Positions 24,525-32,000 of a stretch of DNA of 32,000 bases are shown here, in pieces. The notes beneath the pieces are model-generated. The model saw nothing but the letters and a program-made list of their open reading frames with translations, ran no database searches and was not told where the DNA came from. Made by a program: the position numbers and the translations under genes. Within the stretch, counting starts at the first letter, position 1. Each line of letters opens with the position of its first letter. Source of the DNA: Candidatus Saccharimonadota bacterium (GTDB lineage: Bacteria > Patescibacteriota > Saccharimonadia > Saccharimonadales > Saccharimonadaceae); the NCBI GenBank assembly GCA_023898645.1, contig CP060232.1, positions 1 through 32,000 on the forward strand, written 5' to 3'.

Positions 24525-25607
24525 GTGACGAGAAAAAAAGTATGCCTTACTCTTTGCTACTGGGATACGGAATACGTACGCGGCAAAGCATTTCAAAAAG
24601 CGCTTTCAACACTCGCCATCGACAGCGACATCGAACTTGTAATAGTAAAAAATACACACAGGGGGATATTGAGGTATTTTGAAGTCATAGCAAAACTCAT
24701 TAGGACTAGACTGACGACCAACCCAGACATTTATTTAATCAGTTTTCGGGGATATGAAATACTACCCTTTGTTTTGCTTATTGGCGTTGGAAAAAAAGTT
24801 ATCTATGATGAGTTTATCAATCCCGTTGAGTGGGCTGTGTACGAACATAAAAAAGCGGATCAAGATAGTTTGGTGGTGAAAATACTAAAGAGTCTCTACA
24901 AGTTTTTACTTATGAGGACAGCAAAAATCCTTTCCGACACAAAGTCGCATGCGGCTTACTCGGCAAAAATAATGCACATTCCCGTTAGTAAATATGCAGT
25001 GCTTCCGGTTGGTACAGATGAAGATGTGTTTAAGCCTTTGAAAGAATCAAGACATAGGCGGAAGTTTCAGGTGCTCTATTACGGTAGTATGTTACCGCTC
25101 CACGGAGTTGAATATGTAATTGAATCAGCGGTAAAACTAGGTAAAAACAAGGATATAGAATTTCTCATTATCGGTGGATCGAAAAAACTACGCGATGACA
25201 TTCTAGTCGCTAATTCGAAAGGTGCGCACATCACGTATAAAAAATGGGTCAACTACCATAAGCTACCAGATGTTATAAATGATGCAGACTTATGTTTAGC
25301 GGGACCGTTCGGCGGTACAGTACAATCACAATTTGTCATTACGGGAAAAACTTATCAGTTTCTTGCCATGGGTAAGGCGGCTGTGGTTGGTGAGACAAAA
25401 GAGAGTGGTATATTTGAGAATAGACACAATATACTCATTGCTAAGCAGACAAGTAGTTCCAGTTTGCGGGCAACGATTAAATGGGCGTTCGATAATAGAG
25501 AAAGTCTTTATGATATTGGCAAAAATGGTCGGAATATATATAACGAGTGCTACTCGGACAAGGCTAACGCAAAACGACTACAACTAATTCTAGACTCACT
25601 CGACTAG
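24525..25607 (+). CDS. Probable GT-B fold glycosyltransferase
   Basis: 360 aa with a GTG start abutting the upstream stop. The C-half is Rossmann-like (FQVLYYGSMLPLHGVEYVIESA..IIGGS..GKTYQFLAMGKAAVVGE). The family is not firmly recognised. Confidence 0.55.
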   Translation: MTRKKVCLTLCYWDTEYVRGKAFQKALSTLAIDSDIELVIVKNTHRGILRYFEVIAKLIRTRLTTNPDIYLISFRGYEILPFVLLIGVGKKVIYDEFINPVEWAVYEHKKADQDSLVVKILKSLYKFLLMRTAKILSDTKSHAAYSAKIMHIPVSKYAVLPVGTDEDVFKPLKESRHRRKFQVLYYGSMLPLHGVEYVIESAVKLGKNKDIEFLIIGGSKKLRDDILVANSKGAHITYKKWVNYHKLPDVINDADLCLAGPFGGTVQSQFVITGKTYQFLAMGKAAVVGETKESGIFENRHNILIAKQTSSSSLRATIKWAFDNRESLYDIGKNGRNIYNECYSDKANAKRLQLILDSLD

Positions 25608-26605
25608 TAAAGGCGAAAAGCCTTCAATAAGAGACCCTTAAGAGTGCCACATGAGAATGCGACTAGTGCGATGGGTAGTAGTATGACAGATACGAGGAAG
25701 TCTAGATAATTTTCCGACAAGTAGAGCGATACACATGCAACCAAGACAATAAATATGAGTAACTCATACAATACAATCTTCGGTAATAGAAATAAAAACG
25801 CTATGTTTATAACCATAAAGACAATGAGTACAACTATTGGTATAAAGAAGCGTCGACCCGGCTTTGCATAGAAATCTACGAACTTCGGACCTCTACCGTA
25901 AAGATGTATGATATTTTCAGTAAATCCTGATCTATTGAGATACTCTATTTTTGCTGATGAAGTTTTTAAAATCGGCTCAATTTTTGACAATTGCTCTATA
26001 AATAGTGAGTCGTCATTAACATGTTTTCCTGTGGGCATATTTTTCGCAACCCTTAAATAGTAGGTTCTTAAAACATACATACTACCGCCACCACCCTTAT
26101 TTTTGAATTTTTTATATGCTGCATGGTCGAGGATGATGTCATCAAAAGGGTGGTTGAAATAAGGGTAGTATATTCTCTTGCGTATAAGTGTCAATACTCT
26201 TGCCCATAGGCTTCGAGATTTATTTATATACGGATTTCCAATGACAATATTTCTATTCTTATTAATGAAGCTTATCAAATAATCATTATCTGGCCGACAC
26301 TTCTTATCTATAAATGTTAAGTATTTTCCTTTTGCTGACTTTGCTCCGTCGAGACGTGTTTTTGCAAGACCAATATTGCTACTATGCTCAACGATATTAA
26401 TCTTAAAGAAGCCACTCAGGAGGTTTCGACTATTCTCGACCACTTGCATTGTTGTGTCTGTTGACCCGTCATTGACAATAATAATCTCCATAGAAGCTTT
26501 ATCAATAGAAACCTGTCGCGACAGGCATGTGAACAGCGCATCGATATCTTCGGATGCGTTGAATAACGGAAGTATGATGGATAGACTTAACTCTCTTTTT
26601 GTCAT
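25604..26605 (-). CDS. GT2 glycosyltransferase with C-terminal TM helices
   Basis: Start taken at ATG 26605 (MTKRELSLSIILPLFNASEDI), followed by IIVNDGSTDTT. The C-terminal ~90 aa form 3-4 hydrophobic helices. Its stop overlaps that of the convergent upstream gene (CTAG). Confidence 0.8.
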   Translation of the reverse strand: MTKRELSLSIILPLFNASEDIDALFTCLSRQVSIDKASMEIIIVNDGSTDTTMQVVENSRNLLSGFFKINIVEHSSNIGLAKTRLDGAKSAKGKYLTFIDKKCRPDNDYLISFINKNRNIVIGNPYINKSRSLWARVLTLIRKRIYYPYFNHPFDDIILDHAAYKKFKNKGGGGSMYVLRTYYLRVAKNMPTGKHVNDDSLFIEQLSKIEPILKTSSAKIEYLNRSGFTENIIHLYGRGPKFVDFYAKPGRRFFIPIVVLIVFMVINIAFLFLLPKIVLYELLIFIVLVACVSLYLSENYLDFLVSVILLPIALVAFSCGTLKGLLLKAFRLY

Positions 26606-26671
26606 TTGATCTATATATATTATATAGAATAACTGACAAATATAACCCAAAAACAACTATAATAGGATTCA

Positions 26672-27634
26672 GTGAAAATCGTGCAAAATGTGAAACTGAT
26701 TTTTTCCGTATTTATCGTTGCGGTGTTTATATTGTATTTTGTCTTGAATGCAAAAAGTTTTGAACCCGTCCTTCATGTAAATCCGATCTACTTGTTATTT
26801 ATATCAATATGCTCAATTTTGGGAATCGTATCAAACGGTATCTTTACAAAAATTGTACTCAAGTCATTTGACCGTGATATTTCTACAAGAGAGAGCATAT
26901 TCGTATCTCTAATAGCGGCTGTTGGCAACTTCTTCGCACCAGCAGGAAGCGGACTAGGGTTTAGGGCGGTATACCTAAAGAAAAAACACAAACTACCATA
27001 CAGCGACTACGTAACTATTTTATCGGGAAATTACGTCATGGTTTTTATAATTGTTTCTTTGATGGGTATCGTAGCGTTAGCTTTATTGGGTGGAGGAGTT
27101 GGCCGTGAGGAATCTGTAGCAAAAGCAACCTTATGGCTTGTTTTTACGCTGCTTTTTTTGTTGTCCACACCACTGCTATTTATACGAAAACAAAATACCA
27201 TAAAGACAATCAAGACAAACAATAGTATTATGCAAAAAATAATAGTTATTGCCGGTAGGATATCAAATGGCTGGATAAAGATAACATCAGACCGATCCCT
27301 TGTCGTAAAACTACTAGTACTTATCGTAATTAATACCTCGGTTAGTACTATAAGTCTTGCACTCATTATGATTGCTCTTCAATTTAGTTTTACAGTTCCA
27401 GCACTATTTTTGTTTAGCGCGCTTGGATCTTTGACGACGTTTATAAATATTACCCCGGCAAATCTCGGTGTTAAAGAGGCGGTTTACATCGCCTCATCTA
27501 GTGTTCTGGGTTTTACGACTGGGCAGATACTATCAATTGCACTCGTTGACAGGGCAACACAGTTCTTTGTACTTGCAGTCGCGTGGCTTATTTTCGGTAA
27601 GAGTAATAATAAAATAGCAAGCAAAGATCTTTAG
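26672..27634 (+). CDS. Polytopic membrane protein, flippase-like (LPG_synthase_TM / UPF0104-type) candidate
   Basis: 320 aa with a GTG start and about 8 TM helices. Motifs GNFFAPAGSGLGFRAVYLKK and NITPANLGVKEAVY resemble that family, from memory. Divergently paired with the GT2-TM gene. Confidence 0.55.
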   Translation: MKIVQNVKLIFSVFIVAVFILYFVLNAKSFEPVLHVNPIYLLFISICSILGIVSNGIFTKIVLKSFDRDISTRESIFVSLIAAVGNFFAPAGSGLGFRAVYLKKKHKLPYSDYVTILSGNYVMVFIIVSLMGIVALALLGGGVGREESVAKATLWLVFTLLFLLSTPLLFIRKQNTIKTIKTNNSIMQKIIVIAGRISNGWIKITSDRSLVVKLLVLIVINTSVSTISLALIMIALQFSFTVPALFLFSALGSLTTFINITPANLGVKEAVYIASSSVLGFTTGQILSIALVDRATQFFVLAVAWLIFGKSNNKIASKDL

Positions 27635-28395
27635 GGTCGCTTCTCGCACAGGACAAGATAACCCTCAGACAAGTCGAACCTATTGAATGGGCGACTCATG
27701 TGATAAAAAGGAATGATTACCCTCTCGATATCTAGCTTAGTCAGGGCTGTGGGTAGCTTGATGGGGTTAATGCCACTATCTTTTGACCGGTTCTTCATAG
27801 ATGTTTTTTTGTTGCGTATGAGCTTTATGATGAATGCGGATTTTCGGCTAATACGAACGGCATTAGTAAAAGGGTACCCGTAGTTGATAAATGTAATAAC
27901 ACCTAGGTTGGCGCCATCCAGCATTTTTAAAAGTTCTTCCTTTTCATAACGTCGAAAGTGACCGACAGCTTCATCGGAGGCATCGAAAAGGCGCTGCTTT
28001 GCTGGTACTGAAATAAGAACATATTTCTTGCTCTGTTTAACGATTTCATGAAGGAGCTTCTTGTCGTTTTTGACGTGTTCCAGTACTTCGAAACAGGTAA
28101 CAAGGTCAAATTTTTTACCGGCAACATTTTCAAGACCACCTAGTTTGAACGTCAAATCTGATTGCTTAATACTGCGGGATTTTCTCATTGAAGTAGCTAT
28201 TGCGATAGCACTTTCGGAAAAGTCAACAGCGACACCCTTTTTCCCCATTTCAGCCAACGTACACGCTAACTCACCAGCACCGCAACCGACGTCGAGAAAT
28301 GTCTTGATGTCGGTTCTGTTACTAATTAAATTCAGAATATTGTGTTTACGGAAAAGATATCGGGGTGCTTTAAAAAAGGTTGTTGAATGTGACAT
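27631..28395 (-). CDS. Class I SAM-dependent methyltransferase
   Basis: SAM-binding motif I FLDVGCGAGELA, plus DLVTCFEVLEHV. I prefer the start at ATG 28395 (AAGGAG 13 nt upstream, 4 nt after the upstream stop). The alternative ATG at 28440 would overlap the dehydrogenase gene by 41 nt. Confidence 0.8.
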   Translation of the reverse strand: MSHSTTFFKAPRYLFRKHNILNLISNRTDIKTFLDVGCGAGELACTLAEMGKKGVAVDFSESAIAIATSMRKSRSIKQSDLTFKLGGLENVAGKKFDLVTCFEVLEHVKNDKKLLHEIVKQSKKYVLISVPAKQRLFDASDEAVGHFRRYEKEELLKMLDGANLGVITFINYGYPFTNAVRISRKSAFIIKLIRNKKTSMKNRSKDSGINPIKLPTALTKLDIERVIIPFYHMSRPFNRFDLSEGYLVLCEKRP

Positions 28396-28399
28396 AGAG

Positions 28400-29788
28400 T
28401 TATATGTTCTCCTTAGCCCCAGTAGTAGGTCGTAAGTCATTTGAGTTGTTTACCTTAATCGCATCAGTTGACGATAATTGTTGTTCCAGTGGGCGGCTGT
28501 CTGTTGATGAGACACCAACACCTTCGTAGATAATGTTGTATTTTACAAACTCGCTAATGTGCGAGCGGAAGATATTGCGGCCGTCGATGACTGCTTGTAC
28601 GCCAGCGGCCTTTAGCTTGTTAACACTAATAGCCTTGAACTCGTCGTGACCCGTTGCGATGACGATAGCCTTAGCGCCCTTTAGGGCAGATGAGAGGGTT
28701 TTGGCTGTTGAATCGTCGATATATGGATCGTAGACGGATAATTTAACGCCTGCGTCTTCAAGTAAGGCGCGGATTACCTTTGCAGGGCTTTCGCGGCTGT
28801 CACCAACGTTGGATTTGTATGATAGGCCAAGTAGTGCAACTTTGGTGCCTTTAACCGGAAGTTCGAGGCGGTCGAGAGATTCTGTAAGTAAATCTACTGT
28901 AAACTGGGGCATTGACTCATTTATATTGCGTGCTAATCGTAGGAAGCTATGATCAAAACCGTGCGTATGTGCATATTCAATCAGGTAGTATGGGTCAACT
29001 GGTATGCAGTGACCACCAACACCACAGCCGGGGCGGTGCGCCATAAAGGCGAATGGTTTAGTGGCCGCACCATCAATGACGTTTTCGAGGTTGATGCCAA
29101 GTTTGTGAAACGACATGGCAAGCTCGTTGACGAAAGCGATATTGATATCACGAAATGAGTTCTCGACGATTTTGACAGCTTCAGCTTCTTTGAGGCTACC
29201 CATGGGTTTGATTTCAGCGTCAATAAGGCCACTATATAATTCAACTGCTTTTTCGAGCTCAACTTTACTGTTGGCTCCTACGACTCGGTTGATATTGCGT
29301 ACGCTCCATGTCTTGTCGCCGGGGTTGATGCGTTCGGGGCAGTGAGCAAGGTAAATGTCGGTGCCAACTTTTTTGCCAGATTTTTCTTCGAGTAAAGGTA
29401 CGACGATCTCGTCGCAGACGCCGGGGTTGATGGTGGACTCAACGACGACAAGCGTACCTTTTTTGAGATGTGGGGCGATTGACGATACGGCACTTTTGAC
29501 TATTCCTAGATCGGGCTGTCGGTTTTCATCAACTGGTGTGGGGACGCAGATGATAACGGCGTCGACCTTGGAAACTGCGGCAATGTTATCAGTAAAATCA
29601 ACTTTCGAGTCCGTAATATCGGAGTCGGAAATATCATCTACATAGGATTTACCATCCTTGAGAGACGATAGTTTACGCGCATCAATTTCGATGCCGTACG
29701 TACGAAAACCTTTGTTGGCGGCGAGTAGGGTAAGTGGCAACCCGACGTAGCCCAAGCCGATGACAGCAATTGATTTGACCGATGACAT
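28400..29788 (-). CDS. Nucleotide-sugar 6-dehydrogenase (UDP-N-acetylhexosamine dehydrogenase-like, TviB/WbpA/WecC subgroup)
   Basis: 462 aa. N-terminal IAVIGLGYVGLPLTLLAA, a catalytic-Cys region PGCGVGGHCIPVDP, and a C-terminal UDP-binding domain. AGGGAG RBS. Carries an extra ~37-aa tail after the expected domain end. Confidence 0.88.
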   Translation of the reverse strand: MSSVKSIAVIGLGYVGLPLTLLAANKGFRTYGIEIDARKLSSLKDGKSYVDDISDSDITDSKVDFTDNIAAVSKVDAVIICVPTPVDENRQPDLGIVKSAVSSIAPHLKKGTLVVVESTINPGVCDEIVVPLLEEKSGKKVGTDIYLAHCPERINPGDKTWSVRNINRVVGANSKVELEKAVELYSGLIDAEIKPMGSLKEAEAVKIVENSFRDINIAFVNELAMSFHKLGINLENVIDGAATKPFAFMAHRPGCGVGGHCIPVDPYYLIEYAHTHGFDHSFLRLARNINESMPQFTVDLLTESLDRLELPVKGTKVALLGLSYKSNVGDSRESPAKVIRALLEDAGVKLSVYDPYIDDSTAKTLSSALKGAKAIVIATGHDEFKAISVNKLKAAGVQAVIDGRNIFRSHISEFVKYNIIYEGVGVSSTDSRPLEQQLSSTDAIKVNNSNDLRPTTGAKENI

Positions 29789-29808
29789 TGGTACTCCCTG
29801 ACGTTACT

Positions 29809-29817
29809 TGCTATACT
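29809..29817 (+). promoter_or_regulatory. Possible extended -10 element (TGCTATACT) in the divergent intergenic region
   Basis: TGnTATACT lies 74 nt upstream of the ATG at 29892. Confidence 0.3.
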
Positions 29818-29891
29818 AGGGAAAATCCTGTAAGCAAAAGATATTGTCACCATTATACAGAGTTTTCGACTGTCGGGAAAGGAAAGTGTAT

Positions 29892-30857
29892 ATGAAACTT
29901 GCTATCGTGTCGATTTGCAAGAATGAAGCAAAAACAATTCAAGAGCTTATTAAGCGTATACCCAAAAAGATCAAGGGCGTAAAGTTGATTGAAGTTATCG
30001 TCATTAATGACGGTAGTACCGATGATACGGCGAAGCTAGCAAAAAAGGCTGGCGCTAAGGTGTACGGAGATAGTCATTCCAAGGGGCTGGCTTTTCGTTT
30101 CCGTGAAGCGGTCAGTATTGTGCTGGAGCAAGGTTTTGATGCTATGGTAAACATCGACGGCGACCTACAGTTCGCACCCGAGGATATACCCATGATGTTG
30201 GCGCCGATTATAGCGGATGAAGCGGACTTTGTGGCGGCAGACAGGTTTACTGACCCAAAGACAGGGAAGCGAATCAAACCCAAGAATATGCCATTTGTGA
30301 AATACCACGGCAACAAGGTTGGTGCCTGGGTGGTGGGCAAGCTAAGCGAAGAAAAATTTAGAGACGTAACTTGTGGTTTTCGTGCCTACGATCAAAAAGC
30401 GCTGTATGCACTCAATATCAACGGCACACACACATATACGCAAGAGTCATTTCAGTTACTAGCCGCCCGACGTATGCGTATAAGGTCTATGCCGGTGAAG
30501 GTTAAATATTTTAAGGATCGTAAGTCGCGCGTTGTAACGAGCATACCTAAATATATGGCCATTAGCTTGCTGAATATATTGCGAGCATTTCGTGATTTTG
30601 CTCCGCTACGATTCTTTTTACTTATTGGCACGGTGCCGTTTGTTCTTGGCGTGATATGTCTCGTTTTTCTTGGTGTGTATTGGCTACGCGCACAACAACT
30701 TTCACCATATAAATCAGTTGGTTTTGCAGGGCTTTACCTTGTGACACTGGGAGTATTCTTTTGGGCGCTTGGACTTGTGGCAGACATGCAAGTTCGCGTA
30801 CTTAACAATCAAGAGAAGACCTATGAAGCTTTGCGTCGGCTGGCGAATCGTAAGTAA
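29892..30857 (+). CDS. GT2 polyprenyl-phosphate glycosyltransferase-like enzyme (DPM1/GtrB-like) with C-terminal TM helices
   Basis: Start taken at ATG 29892 (MKLAIVSICKNEAKTI), preceded by GGAAAGGAAAG. VINDGSTDDT and NIDGDLQF motifs. Two C-terminal TM helices end in GLVADMQVR. Confidence 0.8.
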   Translation: MKLAIVSICKNEAKTIQELIKRIPKKIKGVKLIEVIVINDGSTDDTAKLAKKAGAKVYGDSHSKGLAFRFREAVSIVLEQGFDAMVNIDGDLQFAPEDIPMMLAPIIADEADFVAADRFTDPKTGKRIKPKNMPFVKYHGNKVGAWVVGKLSEEKFRDVTCGFRAYDQKALYALNINGTHTYTQESFQLLAARRMRIRSMPVKVKYFKDRKSRVVTSIPKYMAISLLNILRAFRDFAPLRFFLLIGTVPFVLGVICLVFLGVYWLRAQQLSPYKSVGFAGLYLVTLGVFFWALGLVADMQVRVLNNQEKTYEALRRLANRK

Positions 30858-30876
30858 ATTCTACAAAGGGAATTGG

Positions 30877-30885
30877 TGCTACAAT
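30877..30885 (+). promoter_or_regulatory. Candidate extended -10 promoter element (TGCTACAAT) for the second GT-C gene
   Basis: TGnTACAAT ends exactly 13 nt before the ATG at 30899. This is the same spacing as 23021-23029 relative to 23043. Confidence 0.4.
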
Positions 30886-30898
30886 AGGCTTAACAATT

Positions 30899-32000
30899 AT
30901 GCGTTTATTTTTATTGAAATCATATAGTTACGTTATGGCGAAATTAAACAGTCGATACTTTATGTTTGCTGTCCTTGCTTTGTTTGTGATTCAAGCACTT
31001 TGGATAGCTCTTAGTTTTCGTTTTTCAATGCTGTACGATGAAGCGTTTCATGTAGACGCTATAAAGTTATATAGCCATCAGATCTCACCGTATATTACAG
31101 ACCAGGCAACTTATTACGATAAATACGGTAGCCTAAGCCACGGCTGGGCTACATTGTTTCATTACGCGATGAGTTTTCCGTATCGCTTAATTTCTGTTTT
31201 TACGAACGATTTGGTAGTACGGGTTATTTCGCTACGCATTATAGACATTGCTATGGCAGCGACGGGAGTTTTCTTGCTTAGTGTGCTGTTTAGGAAGATG
31301 AAAATCAGACAGATATATATAAATATTACTCTTTTGATATATGTTCTCATTCCAATTACCCCATTTGTCGCTGCGACCATAAGCTATGACAATATGCTCT
31401 TGCCACTTACTGCTCTCTATTTCATCATGGGTATTGATCTACTAAAGAAAAAGAAAGTAGACGCGACCGATTACCTGAGGTTGATAATAATTGGATGTAT
31501 AGCGTCGCTTGTAAAGTTCACCTTTTTGCCGATATTTGCCGCAAGCGTACTGTTTATAGCTGTATTTATGTATAAGAAGCATTCTAAAGCTTTCTTTGTT
31601 GAATTTATAAAATCACTAAAGAAAAAATCAAAGAAAAGTATATATGTCTTAGTCTCACTTACTATAATCATTGTTGGGTGGTTTTCGTCGATATACTTAT
31701 ATAATCTTGCTGTTTATCACGCTGTAAACCCAGAGTGCTCAAGATTGATGAGTGAGAAAAGATGTGAAAGCAGTGGACTCGTGCAACGTAAAGAACAGGC
31801 GCTTGCCATAAGGAATGAGCTAAAGCAGACGGCAATGAACGCCGATCAATATATACAGTACTGGGTAAGTCATATGATCAACTGGTCGGTAACGACTGGG
31901 GCGCGCCCAAGTGATGGCGGAACCGTGGTAGCACAGCCAATAAAGTCTATATATAAGTTGATTTATATAGCTAGTTTTGTAGGCTTTGCTATACTACTTT
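30899..32000 (+). CDS. Second PMT/ArnT-like GT-C membrane protein, paralogue of 23043..24524 (3' end beyond the window)
   Basis: Absent from the ORF track because it runs off the end. Hand translation is open from ATG 30899 (alternative ATG 30935) to 32000. The product (..FVIQALWIALSFRFSMLYDEAFH..PLTALYFIM..SLVKFTFLPIFAAS..NPECSRLMSEKRCE..) aligns without gaps to the 493-aa protein. Confidence 0.75.
   Translation, partial: MRLFLLKSYSYVMAKLNSRYFMFAVLALFVIQALWIALSFRFSMLYDEAFHVDAIKLYSHQISPYITDQATYYDKYGSLSHGWATLFHYAMSFPYRLISVFTNDLVVRVISLRIIDIAMAATGVFLLSVLFRKMKIRQIYINITLLIYVLIPITPFVAATISYDNMLLPLTALYFIMGIDLLKKKKVDATDYLRLIIIGCIASLVKFTFLPIFAASVLFIAVFMYKKHSKAFFVEFIKSLKKKSKKSIYVLVSLTIIIVGWFSSIYLYNLAVYHAVNPECSRLMSEKRCESSGLVQRKEQALAIRNELKQTAMNADQYIQYWVSHMINWSVTTGARPSDGGTVVAQPIKSIYKLIYIASFVGFAILL

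Noticed and set aside
26606-26656. A 17-codon N-terminal extension of the GT2-TM gene (MFLGYICQLFYIIYIDQ).
   Set aside because: It lies in the AT-rich divergent promoter spacer. GT2 enzymes start a few residues before the hhhP..N motif, which fits Met 26605.
28396-28440. Alternative methyltransferase start at 28440, overlapping the dehydrogenase gene by 41 nt.
   Set aside because: ATG 28395 has AAGGAG upstream and avoids the long overlap. This remains uncertain, and I cannot exclude 28440.
28949-29645. Several 60-100-aa ORFs on both strands inside the dehydrogenase gene. Similar ones occur inside other genes, for example 455-709, 827-1156, 12852-13329, 3575-3856 and 27031-27366.
   Set aside because: They are alternative-frame or antisense shadows of well-supported long genes. 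They lack start context and recognisable motifs.
29844-29891. A TTG-initiated extension of the GT2 gene (MSPLYRVFDCRERKVY).
   Set aside because: It has a rare start codon and no SD. ATG 29892 is preceded by GGAAAGGAAAG and gives the canonical GT2 N-terminus.
1-32000. An alternative genetic code (UGA recoding as in some candidate phyla), CRISPR arrays, tRNA or rRNA genes, reverse transcriptase/DGR, and toxin-antitoxin or other defence genes.
   Set aside because: TGA terminates normal-length genes (yidC at 11149-11151 and the PEGA-domain gene at 4888-4890). I saw no regularly spaced direct repeats, no cloverleaf-like or rRNA-like non-coding segments, and no ORF with RT, nuclease, integrase or toxin motifs. 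This was a scan by eye and is not exhaustive.

Overview
All calls come from reading the sequence and the ORF track by eye; no database search or program was run. The window looks like the replication-origin neighbourhood of a small, tightly packed bacterial chromosome, followed by about 20 kb of cell-envelope glycan genes. The genetic code is standard, since TGA ends yidC at 11149-11151. Left to right: (1) A four-gene, translationally coupled envelope operon (51-5360, +). It encodes a 977-aa membrane protein whose C-terminal LytM/M23 domain has lost its metal and catalytic residues. Next come a secreted two-domain peptidoglycan hydrolase (lysozyme-like plus NlpC/P60-like), a PEGA-domain membrane protein and a small membrane-anchored protein. 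(2) recF-dnaN-dnaA on the minus strand, then rpmH-rnpA-yidC-jag on the plus strand. DnaA-box clusters lie on both sides of dnaA. An intact 93-aa ORF with a strong ribosome-binding site exactly fills the dnaA-dnaN gap. (3) A glycan locus from 11.6 kb to beyond 32 kb. It holds GT4, GT2 and GT-B glycosyltransferases, a Wzm/Wzt ABC exporter, an SDR epimerase and a UDP-HexNAc-type dehydrogenase. It also holds a SAM methyltransferase, a flippase-like membrane protein and three polyprenyl-phosphate-type GT2 enzymes. Two diverged paralogues of a PMT/ArnT-like GT-C membrane protein are present, along with two secreted Ser/Thr-rich proteins, one with nine ~55-aa repeats. The central part of the locus (about 13.76-27.63 kb) is visibly more AT-rich than its flanks. 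I found no rRNA, tRNA, CRISPR array, transposase or integrase. Gene compaction and the reduced origin synteny fit a reduced-genome lineage such as Patescibacteria/Saccharibacteria, but that is inference only. The best candidates for something new are the degenerate-LytM plus hydrolase operon and the surface-protein plus GT-C plus lipid-sugar-synthase arrangement, which may be a dedicated surface-glycoprotein system.
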